From contig JAXMOL010000004.1 in assembly GCA_034669905.1 (NCBI GenBank), positions 128,001 through 192,000 of the forward strand: a stretch of DNA of 64,000 nt. Direction: 5' to 3'. This document shows, piece by piece, positions 50,244-60,792 of this stretch. A program made the position numbers and the translations under genes. The stretch comes from Candidatus Hydrogenedentota bacterium. GTDB taxonomy: Bacteria; Hydrogenedentota; Hydrogenedentia; Hydrogenedentales; JAEUWI01. Each line of letters starts with the position of its first letter. The stretch's first letter is position 1. The notes beneath the pieces are model-generated. The model was not told the origin of the DNA and searched no databases. It saw only the letters and a program-made list of their open reading frames with translations.

Positions 50244-51572
50244 TTAGACCGTTTCCGGTACCACGTATCCGTCACGGTAGTCACGCGTCAAGAGGGCGTT
50301 GGCTTCATCATCGCCTTTGCACAACTCGGTCTTCGTGTCAATTTCCAACACGCGATTTACCCGCGCCGCCGTCAATGCGTAGTGCGAAAGGGCGGAGGAG
50401 TAGTGGCCTTCTTTCGGACCAGCGGTGAGGTCTTCGGCCTTGCGGCTGCGCACGCAATCGGTGAAGTTCTGGAAGTGGTTGACCGTGGCGCCGTCGAAAC
50501 GTTCCTTGACCAACTCGCCTTCCTTGGCGCCCCGATAGGCCCGGTAGCCACTGTAATTCGGGAAGGTCATCCAACCTTCGGAACCGTAGAAGAGCACGCC
50601 AAAGGAGGTGCCGCCGGCTTCGTTGTTGGAGCACCAGGGGCGCACTTCCAGGGTCATCATCTTGTCTTTTCCGTCTTCGCCCTTGAACATGTAGGAGGAG
50701 GAGGAGCAATCGTATACTTCCTGGGCGTCGTCCCAGAGGAGCTTTCCACCCATGGAAGAGCAGCGATAGGGCGTATCCACCCCCAGGCCCCAACGCGCGG
50801 CATCCAGCTGGTGCACGCCCTGGTTGCCAATGTCGCCATTGCCGTAATCCCAGACCCAGTGCCAATAGTAGTGCACGTAGAGGCCCTTGTCTTTTTCATT
50901 CAGCATGAAAGGACGTTCCTGGGCTGGTCCCTGCCAGATATCCCAATCCAGTGCTTCGGGTGCCTTGCCGGGGTGGCCCTTACCGATGCTGGGACGCCAC
51001 TTATAACAGACCGCACGGGCCATGTATACGTCGCCGATAATGCCGTTCTTAAGTTCTTCGATACCCTCGCGGAAACCGGGGTTACTGCGAAGCTGGGTGC
51101 CGTGCTGCACGATTTTCTTGTACTTCTCGGCAGCCTTGATGACCTGGCGACCTTCGAAACAATTGTGCGTCATCGGCTTCTCGACGTACACATCTTTGCC
51201 CGCCTGGCAAGCCCAGATGGTCGCCAGGGAGTGCCAGTGATTGGGGGTGGCGATGGAGATGACGTCAATATCTTTGTCGTCCAGTACCCGGCGGATATCC
51301 TGCTCCGTCTTCGGGGCTTTCTTGCCTTTGGAAGTAAAGAACTCCTTCGTGCGCGGCTCAAAGAGGCTGGCGTCCGGATCACAAATCGTCGTGACTTCCG
51401 TGCCGTCTACGGTGGCAAATTCGTTCAGGTGGGTCTTGCCCCGACCGTTGATCCCGAGAACGGCTACCCGAATACGGTCATTGGCGCCGGCCCAAGAGGT
51501 CTTGGACGTGCCAATCAGTACTGTCGCGGCGGCAGCACCTTTTACAAAGTTTCTTCGCGATATGTCTTTCAT
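50244..51572 (-). CDS. Tat-exported Gfo/Idh/MocA oxidoreductase
   Basis: SRRNFVK Tat motif, IATPNHWH, AGKDVYVEKP, GTQLRS, GNQGVH.LD. Confidence 0.93.
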   Translation of the reverse strand: MKDISRRNFVKGAAAATVLIGTSKTSWAGANDRIRVAVLGINGRGKTHLNEFATVDGTEVTTICDPDASLFEPRTKEFFTSKGKKAPKTEQDIRRVLDDKDIDVISIATPNHWHSLATIWACQAGKDVYVEKPMTHNCFEGRQVIKAAEKYKKIVQHGTQLRSNPGFREGIEELKNGIIGDVYMARAVCYKWRPSIGKGHPGKAPEALDWDIWQGPAQERPFMLNEKDKGLYVHYYWHWVWDYGNGDIGNQGVHQLDAARWGLGVDTPYRCSSMGGKLLWDDAQEVYDCSSSSYMFKGEDGKDKMMTLEVRPWCSNNEAGGTSFGVLFYGSEGWMTFPNYSGYRAYRGAKEGELVKERFDGATVNHFQNFTDCVRSRKAEDLTAGPKEGHYSSALSHYALTAARVNRVLEIDTKTELCKGDDEANALLTRDYRDGYVVPETV

Positions 51573-51786
51573 TTGTCTAATCCTCTTGTAGGTGTGGGAA
51601 CGCGATCGCTACGTAATCGTCTCCATGGTACTCAATATGGGGGCCATCCTGCAAAAGTGTTTTTCTTGAATTCTTGCGCCGCTGAAATCGTTCCTTAAAA
51701 TTTGTCTGACGTACTGCATGCCCCCCTCCAAGTGGGTTATACTGGGGCGGTACAGGACACGATTCTCAGCCAGAGGTATTTATTCG

Positions 51787-53196
51787 GTGACAACCCCTTC
51801 TTCTCCCGCCCTGACCCAGGAAAGCCTGGAAGTAACCCGACAATTGCTCGACCGCTATGACCGACCGGGACCCCGCTATACCAGCTATCCCACGGCGCCC
51901 GAGTGGAACCACGAGTTCGACGCGGCGGACTACGCCAAGGCGCTCACCCGTGCGGCTCAAAACCCGGATGAACCGCTGTCGCTCTATGTGCACCTGCCCT
52001 TCTGCTGGGAGCGCTGCCACTTCTGCGGTTGCAACGTGGTCATCTCCAAACATCCCGAAGTCTCGGGAAAGTATCTGGAGTATGTGTACAAAGAAATCGG
52101 GATGGTGTCGAAACTGCTCGGTGATCGCAAGACCGTGAAGCAGCTCCACTGGGGCGGCGGCACGCCCACCTATCAGAGTGTGGAGCAGATTAAGACGCTC
52201 CATGGAAAACTCACCGAGGCCTTTGATTTTGCCCCTGATGCCGAGGTCGCTCTCGAAGTCGACCCCCGGGTGACCTCGCGGGAGCAGTTGGAAACCCTGC
52301 GGGAACTGGGCTTCAATCGTATCAGCATGGGTGTCCAGGATTTGGACCCGAAGGTACAGGCGGCAATAAACCGCAACCAGACCGAGTCCGAAACACGAGA
52401 ACTTTTCCAATCCTGCCGCGAATTGGGCTTTGACGGCATCAACCTCGACCTGATCTATGGACTTCCCGAACAAACACCGGAAACGTGGACCAACACCATA
52501 AAGGCCGTCATTGATATCCGCCCTGACCGCCTGGCCGTCTACAGCTACGCCCACCTTCCCGAGCAGATCAAACACCAGCGCAAGATGGACGAGCATCCCC
52601 GTCCGACGGGCGCAGAGAAATATGACCTCTTTGCCATCGCGCGCAAACTCTTTGTCGCGGCCGGATACCGCATCATCGGCATGGACCACTTCGCCCTGCC
52701 GACCGACGAACTCTCGGTGGCCCTGGACGAACGTCGCCTTCACCGTAACTTTATGGGCTACACCGTGGTACCCGCAGAAGACATGGTGGCTTTTGGCGTT
52801 TCCGGTATTGGCGAAGTGGGGGGTACCTATGCGCAGAACGAGAAGCGGCCCGCCATGTACTACAAGGCGCTGGATGCCGACACCCTGCCGACCCTCTGTG
52901 GCACCTGGCTGACCGAGGACGATGAGATCCGCCGGTGGGTCATTCGCCAGCTCATGTGCAATTTCTACCTGGATTTCGACGTACTGAAAAAGCGCTACGC
53001 CATCGACTATGACGCCTATTTTGAAGACGAAGAAAGCCGTCTCAAGGAGTTCTACGAAGAGGGCTTCCTCGTGCGTGAAGACGGCAACATCCGGGTATTG
53101 CCCCTGGGACAAGCCTTCATTCGCAATGTGGCCATGGTCTTTGACGCCCACCTGAAGAAGCCCGCCCACTTCACCAGGTTTTCGCGGACGATTTAG
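51787..53196 (+). CDS. hemN: Oxygen-independent coproporphyrinogen III oxidase
   Basis: GPRYTSYPTA, HLPFCWERCHFCGC, GGGTPT, GMDHFA, RNFMGY; GTG start inferred. Confidence 0.95.
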   Translation: MTTPSSPALTQESLEVTRQLLDRYDRPGPRYTSYPTAPEWNHEFDAADYAKALTRAAQNPDEPLSLYVHLPFCWERCHFCGCNVVISKHPEVSGKYLEYVYKEIGMVSKLLGDRKTVKQLHWGGGTPTYQSVEQIKTLHGKLTEAFDFAPDAEVALEVDPRVTSREQLETLRELGFNRISMGVQDLDPKVQAAINRNQTESETRELFQSCRELGFDGINLDLIYGLPEQTPETWTNTIKAVIDIRPDRLAVYSYAHLPEQIKHQRKMDEHPRPTGAEKYDLFAIARKLFVAAGYRIIGMDHFALPTDELSVALDERRLHRNFMGYTVVPAEDMVAFGVSGIGEVGGTYAQNEKRPAMYYKALDADTLPTLCGTWLTEDDEIRRWVIRQLMCNFYLDFDVLKKRYAIDYDAYFEDEESRLKEFYEEGFLVREDGNIRVLPLGQAFIRNVAMVFDAHLKKPAHFTRFSRTI

Positions 53197-53255
53197 CAGC
53201 TACGCGCGTGCAATGACACGTGGGTGTGATTGTGCGCGGGAGACATGGGGATTTC

Positions 53256-54620
53256 ATGAGCGAGCATTATAAGACCCTTATCGTGGGCGGTGGTATCACC
53301 GGGTGTTGTGCGGCCTATTACGCCATGAAGCAGGAAGGGGCCGAACACATCCGGCTTCTGGAAGGCGGTGACACCCTGGGTGGCACAGCTCAGACGGAAT
53401 ACATGGACGGCATCACCTGTGAGAAGGGGCCCAATGGTTTTCTCGACAAGGAGCCAAAAACCCTCCAGTGGGTCGAGGACCTCGGCTTGGGCGAGCGCCT
53501 CGTCCGTGCCAACCCCCTGGCAGCACGGCGCTTCATCTTTCGCAGTGGCACCCTCCACGAACTAAAACCGCCTCCCGCATTTCTCTTTGGTGGGCCTCTT
53601 TCCCTTCAGGGACGATTACGGCTGTGTGCCGAGCCCCTCATCCCGCAACGGGTCTCCCCGGAAGAGGAGAGCATCTGGGACTTTGCCGCACGTCGTATCG
53701 GGGCCGAAGCAGCGGACACCCTCGTAGCGCCGATGGTGAGCGGTATCTACGGCGGCGATGCCCGGCAACTTGACCTGGCGTCTTGCTTCCCCAAGATGGC
53801 CGCCATGGAAGCCGAGCATGGGGGGCTCCTTAAAGCCATGCGCGCCAAGGCCAAAGACAAGTCGGCCGGAAAAGGCACCGCCATGGGCCCCGGCGGTACC
53901 CTGACCAGCTTCGAGGGCGGGATGGCCACCCTCATGACGCGGGCGGGAGAGGTCTTGGGGGATTCGGTACGCCTGAATACTGCCGTTACCCAAATCTCCA
54001 AAGATGACTCGGGCTACCGCATCAATACCGCAGACGGAACGGCCTTCACAGCGGACCGGGTCATCGTGGCGGCGCCCACCCACGCAGCCTGTGGGATGGT
54101 ACGGGATCTCGATAGCACCCTGGCATCGGCGCTGGAAGCTATCCCCTATACCAGCATGGCGGTCGTTTGCACGGCCTACAACCGAGCCGATGTGGGCCAT
54201 GATCTCAATGGCTTCGGCTTCCTCGTGCCCCGTACCCAGAACAAACGAATACTGGGCTGTATCTGGACGTCAACCCTCTTTCCGGGCCGTGCGCCTGAAC
54301 GGCAGGTGCTGCTCCGCACGATGATAGGAGGGGCGACGGACCCCGGTGCGGTTGACGCCTCCGACGAGAATTTGCTGCAGACCTTACGGGACGAGTTGTT
54401 CCCCATTTTGGACATCAAGGCCGAACCGGTCATGCACCGGGTTTACCGTTGGGGGAAGGCCATCCCCCAATACACCTTCGGCCACCAGGACCGTGTCGCC
54501 GCCGTGGAAGCGGGGGAGAAGCGCAACCCCGGACTTCACTTTGCGGGCAACGCCTATCGCGGCGTCGGGTTGAACGATTGCGTGGTTTCCGCGCTACGTG
54601 CCGTGGAATCGACGTGCTGA
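53256..54620 (+). CDS. hemY: HemY-type FAD-dependent proto/coproporphyrinogen oxidase
   Basis: VGGGITG, EKGPNGF, SGIYGGD, GFGFLVP, AIPQY..GH, GVGLNDCV. Confidence 0.92.
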   Translation: MSEHYKTLIVGGGITGCCAAYYAMKQEGAEHIRLLEGGDTLGGTAQTEYMDGITCEKGPNGFLDKEPKTLQWVEDLGLGERLVRANPLAARRFIFRSGTLHELKPPPAFLFGGPLSLQGRLRLCAEPLIPQRVSPEEESIWDFAARRIGAEAADTLVAPMVSGIYGGDARQLDLASCFPKMAAMEAEHGGLLKAMRAKAKDKSAGKGTAMGPGGTLTSFEGGMATLMTRAGEVLGDSVRLNTAVTQISKDDSGYRINTADGTAFTADRVIVAAPTHAACGMVRDLDSTLASALEAIPYTSMAVVCTAYNRADVGHDLNGFGFLVPRTQNKRILGCIWTSTLFPGRAPERQVLLRTMIGGATDPGAVDASDENLLQTLRDELFPILDIKAEPVMHRVYRWGKAIPQYTFGHQDRVAAVEAGEKRNPGLHFAGNAYRGVGLNDCVVSALRAVESTC

Positions 54621-54805
54621 TGACGCAGGCTTCCCGGTAGTTTTGTGGACTTGATGAACGAAGTGGACAATGCTCACCGGTCCACCAACGTCCACGTCGT
54701 CCACAAGGCCCACCGTTTCTCGCTGCCACGGCCTCGCTTGACACGGCAAGGTGTCATCCTGTTTTATGGGAGTTTCCCATGGAGCCCAAGAACAGGACAT
54801 TCCCC

Positions 54806-56278
54806 ATGACGTCACGACGAGATTTTCTAAAACAGGCCACCTTGACGGGACTCGCGGCAGCGCTCACGCCCTTAACCGCGCCGGCGCAAACAGCCCGCCC
54901 CAATCTCCTCTTTATTCTTGCCGATGATCTGGGCTGGAAGGACCTGGGCTGTTATGGCTCAACCTTCTACGAGACCCCGAACCTCGACCGCCTTGCCGCC
55001 ACGGGCATGCGTTTTACCGATGCCTACGCCGCCTGTCCCGTATGCAGCCCCACCCGGGCGAGTATTTTGAGCGGGAAATACCCTGCCCGTATGGCCACCA
55101 CGGATTGGTTTGGCGCCCCCCAACCCGACACGGCGAAGAATCACAAGGGCACGCGCTTCAAACCCCTCTTGCCGGCACCTTATACCCCGGAACTTCCGTT
55201 GGAAGAGATTAGTCTCGCCGAGGCCGTGAAGGCACAGGGCTACCACACCTTCTTCGCGGGCAAGTGGCATCTGGGCCACGAGGCCTTCCATCCCGAGCAC
55301 CAGGGCTTTGATGTGAACAAGGGCGGTCACCACAAGGGTAGCCCCCATCCGGGGGGCTATTTCGCGCCCTATGGCAACCCGAAGCTTTCCGACGGCCCGG
55401 AGGGCGAACATCTGCCCGAACGACTCGCTCGGGAAACCAACGCCTTTATCGATAGCCACAAGGAAGACAACTTCCTCGCTTACCTATCCTTCTATTCTGT
55501 CCACACGCCGCTCCAGGGCAGAGAAGACCTCGTCGAGAAGTACAAGAAGAAGAAAGCAGCCCTGGGCGATCTCGAGCCCATCTGGGGCGAAGAAGGAGAA
55601 CGGAAACTGCGGCTGGTGCAAGAGCACGCGGTCTACGCAGCCATGGTAGAAGCCATGGATGCTGCCATCGGCACCGTGCTGGACCACCTCGAAGCAACCG
55701 GACTCGCGGAGAACACCGTCGTCGTCTTCATGTCGGACAACGGTGGCTTATCGACGTCTGAAGGACACCCCACCTCCAACCTGCCCCTGCGGGCGGGTAA
55801 GGGCTGGCTCTATGAAGGGGGCATTCGAGAGCCTATGCTCATTCGCGCGCCCGGCGTAACGGCACCGGGGAGCGTGTGTTCCGAGCCAGTCACCAGTACG
55901 GATTTTTATCCCACGCTGTTGGATTTGGCGAGACTGCCCCAACTTCCGGAGCAGCATGTCGATGGAACCAGTCTGGTGCCCCTGCTGAAAGGCGAAGCCG
56001 CTTTGGAGCGAGATGCGATTTATTGGCACTACCCCCACTATGGCAATCAGGGGGGAACACCCGGTGCGGCGATTCGTGAGGGCGACTGGAAGCTCATTGA
56101 GTATTTCGAAGACAAGCCCCGGGAACTCTTCAATCTCGCGCGCGATATGGGGGAAACGAAGAACCTGATCGACAGCCACCCGGATATAGCCCAGCGTCTG
56201 CAAGACAAGCTCGACCGCTGGCAGAAGGACGTGGGAGCCCGTTTTCCCACGCCCAACCCAAACGCAAAGACGAGCTGA
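54806..56278 (+). CDS. Tat-exported Cys-type (formylglycine) sulfatase
   Basis: SRRDFLK, ADDLG, CSPTRASILSG, GKWHLG, SDNGG, GKGWLYEGGIREP. Confidence 0.95.
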   Translation: MTSRRDFLKQATLTGLAAALTPLTAPAQTARPNLLFILADDLGWKDLGCYGSTFYETPNLDRLAATGMRFTDAYAACPVCSPTRASILSGKYPARMATTDWFGAPQPDTAKNHKGTRFKPLLPAPYTPELPLEEISLAEAVKAQGYHTFFAGKWHLGHEAFHPEHQGFDVNKGGHHKGSPHPGGYFAPYGNPKLSDGPEGEHLPERLARETNAFIDSHKEDNFLAYLSFYSVHTPLQGREDLVEKYKKKKAALGDLEPIWGEEGERKLRLVQEHAVYAAMVEAMDAAIGTVLDHLEATGLAENTVVVFMSDNGGLSTSEGHPTSNLPLRAGKGWLYEGGIREPMLIRAPGVTAPGSVCSEPVTSTDFYPTLLDLARLPQLPEQHVDGTSLVPLLKGEAALERDAIYWHYPHYGNQGGTPGAAIREGDWKLIEYFEDKPRELFNLARDMGETKNLIDSHPDIAQRLQDKLDRWQKDVGARFPTPNPNAKTS

Positions 56279-56568
56279 GACAATCAGGGTTTGACCCAGA
56301 TTCCACGTAGACGAGGGCTCCCATTGCAAGCTTTACGCAGTGAGTGCGGGTGCCACTTTCAAGCGGAGGAGCAACGCGGGGGAAGCTTGTGGCTGTCCCG
56401 TCGTTGGCGAAGCAAGCATTGGTCTAACCGCGCAATCGACGGGACCGTCACGGCCGCGCACGCAGCCTTTGCAACGCCAACCTCAGCCGTCGTCCGACGC
56501 TTTCACCCCGGCGGCGCAGCTATCTGGGCCGAAACAGTCCCTGAGCCAATCCCTGGTATTGGCACACC

Positions 56569-57357
56569 CTATTTCCCCTCGAACACAAAGGCCTTGTCGT
56601 CAAGGGGACGAATCCAGATATTCCGGAAGCGCACCGGGTGGTCGTGATCCTGGAGCTGCATAGGGCCGCATCCCGTCTTTAGCAGGCTTTCCCGAATACG
56701 TTCCGCGTAGGGCGTCGTACGGAAGTGGAGGGGCGTATAGATGGACTGATGCTCCAGGAACGGGGTGTTGTGCTGGACCAGCACGCCGTTGAGCAGCACG
56801 GTAATGCTACCGGGCTTCACGGGTTTTCCCGCTTCATCCCGCCGGGGTGCAGTGAATATCACATCGTAGTTTTGCCACACATCCACGTCCCGGGTCGCAT
56901 CCACCAGGGGCGCGCTGAATTTGTAGAGGGACCCCGTACTGTCCATGGGGGCCATTGGGTTGTTGAAGCTATCGATAATCTGCAGTTCAAAGAGTCCATG
57001 CAGATAGAGGCCACTATTGGCCGCAGAAACACCTTCCACGGCGCTCCGGGGAAAGCTGAATTCCACATGGATCTGGGCATCGCGGAAGTGAAGGCGGGTC
57101 CAGAGTCCTTGCTGCCGTTCTTGTTGGCCGGGCTTGACGATAATGGCGCCCTCGTCGAGCGCCCAATTGAATGGCCCCCCGTTGGGCCCTGCCAGCATGT
57201 CGGTGTTGGTGCCGTCAAAGATGACGATGGCGTCATCGGGCACGCCGGACGAAGTGTCTACCTTTTTCAGGGCTTCTTCCGCCCACAGATGGCCTCCGCT
57301 CCCCAACGTCAGCAGTATGACGCTTGAGATGACCGCAGGTTTCAGGTACCAGAACAT
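56569..57357 (-). CDS. DUF1080 (3-keto-disaccharide hydrolase-like) secreted protein
   Basis: VPDDAIVIFDG, FRDAQIHVEF, NSGLYL, WQNYDVIF, LQDH...VRFRNIWIR. Confidence 0.88.
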   Translation of the reverse strand: MFWYLKPAVISSVILLTLGSGGHLWAEEALKKVDTSSGVPDDAIVIFDGTNTDMLAGPNGGPFNWALDEGAIIVKPGQQERQQGLWTRLHFRDAQIHVEFSFPRSAVEGVSAANSGLYLHGLFELQIIDSFNNPMAPMDSTGSLYKFSAPLVDATRDVDVWQNYDVIFTAPRRDEAGKPVKPGSITVLLNGVLVQHNTPFLEHQSIYTPLHFRTTPYAERIRESLLKTGCGPMQLQDHDHPVRFRNIWIRPLDDKAFVFEGK

Positions 57358-57393
57358 AAGCTACTCCTTTTTTCAGCAGAAAACGAAAACCAC

Positions 57394-58827
57394 TCAGCGA
57401 GCAAGGCAACGCTCCATCCGGGCTATCAAGTCGTTCACTTCCTCTTTGTTCTTGATACCACCGAGGGTGTTGCGCTTACGCCCGTTGCCATGTAAGCGAA
57501 TGGTGTAGTAGGGCACATCGCCGGATTGCATCGTGATATGCCCATCGATACGCTGAATCGAGGACAGGGGCATGGTGACATCGCTTCCGAGCCCGAGGGC
57601 CTTCTTTTCGACGCGGACGGTGTCCCCCCGGAAGGAGACCCGCACCATACCAAAGCAGAGCCAGAATGCGGCGGACAGGAGGAGCACATCAAAAAGCCCA
57701 AAGAAAATCGGCAAGAGCAGGGGAACTTCACCGCTATACAGCATGCCGACGATGATAGCGGTCCAGATGACCGAAAAGAGGGTCACGCTGAAGGTCATAC
57801 TCAGATTGCGCCGGGGTGGGGCATAGAATTCCAATCCGTCAACCTTTTCCTCCACAAGAATGGAAGGATGATAGGGAGCCTTCGTGGTTTTCAGGCCCTC
57901 CGTTTCTGCTTCACTCGGGATAGCTTCTGAGCTTTCCTCCGTCACAAAAAGCGGCACAAGAAAGGCCGCCGAAAAGTCGATTCCCGGCATGGCTGCCTTG
58001 GCAGTGAGCTCCCACTCGATGCGGTTTTCGGGCGCGCCTGGCGTCGTGGGCTTGGCATCAATAGGAACATGTACGCGAAAGGGGATGGCGACGTTGCCGT
58101 CGGCCTCTCGTGCGAGATACTCAGGCGTAATCACCAGGGTTTCCTGCCATTGTATGTTTCGGTGGGTTGAGCGGTTCTTTCCCGAACCCGAGACGTAGTG
58201 ATGGTAGCAGGTGAGTTGGGTTTCGACCCCTTCCGCCGGAATTTCTTTGAGCCGTGCCCATATGATCGCCCGAAACCAACCGCCGACGACCCCCGGGTTG
58301 GTCACGAGATCACAATGACTTTGACCATATTTCAACCAACGCATGGTCACATAAATGGCGGCGCCCATCATCCAGAAGCCGGCAAAGGGAAAGAGTAGCA
58401 CCGTATAGCCAATGGGCCCTTTGCGGGTGATCTCTTCAATATTGAAAAGTAGAATCAATCCTACACCACTAAATATAACCCCAAACATCCAGTAGATGAA
58501 CATCTCCGCGGGCTTGGAGGATTTGACGCGGCCGGCAGTCCAGTCGGCACGCCAACGCCAGGGCGCATCGGGCGCGAGGGCTTTCAAACGCTCGGTTTCC
58601 CGCTCCATGCGGCGGGCGATCAAGATACCGGCCAGCATACCGCCCCCGACCAGCGTAAAGACCGTCCCCACGCCCAGCATGGCGATAACTTCCTCGGTGA
58701 ATCGTGGGTCCTTGTAGAGTACAAAAAGCCCGTTTCCCAGGGCGATCAGCCCCCCCAGCAGAAAAGGGGTAATAAAAAGAATTGCGCACCCCATTGAAGC
58801 CACATTCTTGGCGGATTTTGATGGCAT
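57394..58827 (-). CDS. Hypothetical multi-pass membrane protein
   Basis: 477-aa ORF with three TM hairpins and soluble beta-rich segments; GGAG RBS. Confidence 0.75.
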   Translation of the reverse strand: MPSKSAKNVASMGCAILFITPFLLGGLIALGNGLFVLYKDPRFTEEVIAMLGVGTVFTLVGGGMLAGILIARRMERETERLKALAPDAPWRWRADWTAGRVKSSKPAEMFIYWMFGVIFSGVGLILLFNIEEITRKGPIGYTVLLFPFAGFWMMGAAIYVTMRWLKYGQSHCDLVTNPGVVGGWFRAIIWARLKEIPAEGVETQLTCYHHYVSGSGKNRSTHRNIQWQETLVITPEYLAREADGNVAIPFRVHVPIDAKPTTPGAPENRIEWELTAKAAMPGIDFSAAFLVPLFVTEESSEAIPSEAETEGLKTTKAPYHPSILVEEKVDGLEFYAPPRRNLSMTFSVTLFSVIWTAIIVGMLYSGEVPLLLPIFFGLFDVLLLSAAFWLCFGMVRVSFRGDTVRVEKKALGLGSDVTMPLSSIQRIDGHITMQSGDVPYYTIRLHGNGRKRNTLGGIKNKEEVNDLIARMERCLAR

Positions 58828-59042
58828 GATGTCTCCCGATTGCTTGCTACCATCCCTGATTTACCCCACGGAAGCACACCAATGCAAACCATTAAGCCAG
58901 GGCTTACCTGATTCTACTCGCAACACATGGAAAATATTCACCTGAATCCAGGTCAGCCCCTGCTGCACTCCGGAGCGTACTCTGTGTCTACACTCCGGAG
59001 TACCACACCGCCTCCCGGCTACGTTGCACCCGCGTACTACCT

Positions 59043-59071
59043 AAAACGGGCGCTGCTCGTGGCAGCGCCCG
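59043..59071 (-). terminator. Intrinsic terminator of sulP
   Basis: AAAA-CGGGCGCTGC-TCGTG-GCAGCGCCCG, 14 nt past the stop codon. Confidence 0.75.
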
Positions 59072-59085
59072 GTATGGAAACAATG

Positions 59086-60792
59086 CTATTTGGCCAACTC
59101 GTCGATGGCCACATGGTAATTCGGGTCTTCCTGGACGTCAATCTCGATGATATCGTCCGCCTTTTTCAGGAGGGCCTGACATTCCTTACTCAGATGCTTG
59201 AGCTTGATGCTCTTACCCAGGCTCCGGTACTTTTCACTCAGGTTGTTGACCGCTTCAAGCGCCGAGTGATCATAGACGCGGCAGTTGATGAATTCGATGA
59301 CAACCTTGTCCGGGTCTTCATTCGGCGTGAAGATATTACGGAAGCTGGTTACCGCACCGAAAAACAAGGAGCCGTTCAGTTCATAGGTCTTCACCCCGTC
59401 TTTTTCATAGGTCTTGGCATAAATAAGCTGCGACTTCTTCCAGGCGAAAACCAAGGCGGATATGATCACACCTGCAATTACCGCAATCGCCAGGTCAAAA
59501 ATCACGGTCAACGCCGATACGGCGACGATCACGAAGAAGTCCATTTTCGGAATCTTGTTCCAGAGACGGAGGCTGGTCCATTCGAAGGTCGCAATCACGA
59601 CAATGAACATGACGCCGATCAAGGCGGCCACCGGAATCTTCCCAATCCCCGCCCAGAGAGGGGGAAAGAGGATGAAGCACAGCAGGAAGAGGGCGGCAGA
59701 AATCCCGGAGATGCGGGTCCGCCCGCCGGAACGGATGTTGATCATGGACTGCCCGATCATGGCACAGCCGCCCATGCTTCCAAAAAGCCCCGCCACGACA
59801 TTCGCCAGGCCCTGCCCCACGCACTCACGGTTACCGTGACCGCGGGTTTCGGTAATGTCATCGATCAGGGTCAAGGTCATGAGGGATTCAATCAGTCCGA
59901 TGGCCGCCAGGGTGATGGCCAGACCGAAGACGATCAAAAACGATTCGAAGGTAAGGGGAATGGTCGGAATCTTGAACACACCAGCCTTGCGCGTACTGGG
60001 GATCTCTTCCGGCGTTTCGACCGGCATGGCCGCCACTTCGTGGGCCTTTTCGGTCAATTCCGAATAGAGAAGGTTCGGCTTCATGGCCTCGAACTTCTCG
60101 GTTTTCTGTTTCTTCTCCAGCGCCACCTGTTTCTGCGTCGTCACGAAGTCATTCACGGTCGCGGATTCCAGCGGCGTGAACTGCACGAGCAAGGTGACCA
60201 CAATGATGGCCGCCAAGGTTCCCGGGATGGCGTTGGTAAGTTTCGGCAGAAAGTGGATAATCAGCATCGTCAGCGCGATGAGTCCGACCGCCGTTAAGAG
60301 GGCCGTCCCACTGAGCCAGTCCCCAACGATGACGAAGTGGCCGACATGCTCGTTGAACTGAACCGTCATGTTTTCTTTCAACTGTCCAAACTGCGCCTTA
60401 CCAATCACGATGGCAAGTCCGTTCACAAAGCCCAACATGACGGGGTGGGGGAGGAGCCGGATAAACTTACCGAGCTTGAAAAAGCCACAGGCAATCTGTA
60501 TCACGCCACACATAATGACCGCGGCAAAGAGGTACTCCAGGCCGTAGAGCACAACGAACGCGGTCATCACGACGGCCATGGCCCCGGTGGCACCGGAAAT
60601 CATGCCGGGACGGCCACCGACGATGGAAGTGATGAAACCTACAAAGAAGGCAGCCCAGAGACCCACCGTGGGATCTACACCTGCGACAAAGGCGAAGGCA
60701 ACGGCTTCGGGCACGAGGGCCAATGCAACCGTCAGGCCCGAGAGTAACTCGTCCTTGAAGTTAATTTGTTTTCTAACAATGAGATCGATCAT
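59086..60792 (-). CDS. SulP/SLC26 anion transporter with STAS domain
   Basis: GLTVALALVPEAVAF, GRPGMISGATGA, GGCAMIGQSMIN, LFFG, DHSALEA. Confidence 0.94.
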   Translation of the reverse strand: MIDLIVRKQINFKDELLSGLTVALALVPEAVAFAFVAGVDPTVGLWAAFFVGFITSIVGGRPGMISGATGAMAVVMTAFVVLYGLEYLFAAVIMCGVIQIACGFFKLGKFIRLLPHPVMLGFVNGLAIVIGKAQFGQLKENMTVQFNEHVGHFVIVGDWLSGTALLTAVGLIALTMLIIHFLPKLTNAIPGTLAAIIVVTLLVQFTPLESATVNDFVTTQKQVALEKKQKTEKFEAMKPNLLYSELTEKAHEVAAMPVETPEEIPSTRKAGVFKIPTIPLTFESFLIVFGLAITLAAIGLIESLMTLTLIDDITETRGHGNRECVGQGLANVVAGLFGSMGGCAMIGQSMINIRSGGRTRISGISAALFLLCFILFPPLWAGIGKIPVAALIGVMFIVVIATFEWTSLRLWNKIPKMDFFVIVAVSALTVIFDLAIAVIAGVIISALVFAWKKSQLIYAKTYEKDGVKTYELNGSLFFGAVTSFRNIFTPNEDPDKVVIEFINCRVYDHSALEAVNNLSEKYRSLGKSIKLKHLSKECQALLKKADDIIEIDVQEDPNYHVAIDELAK

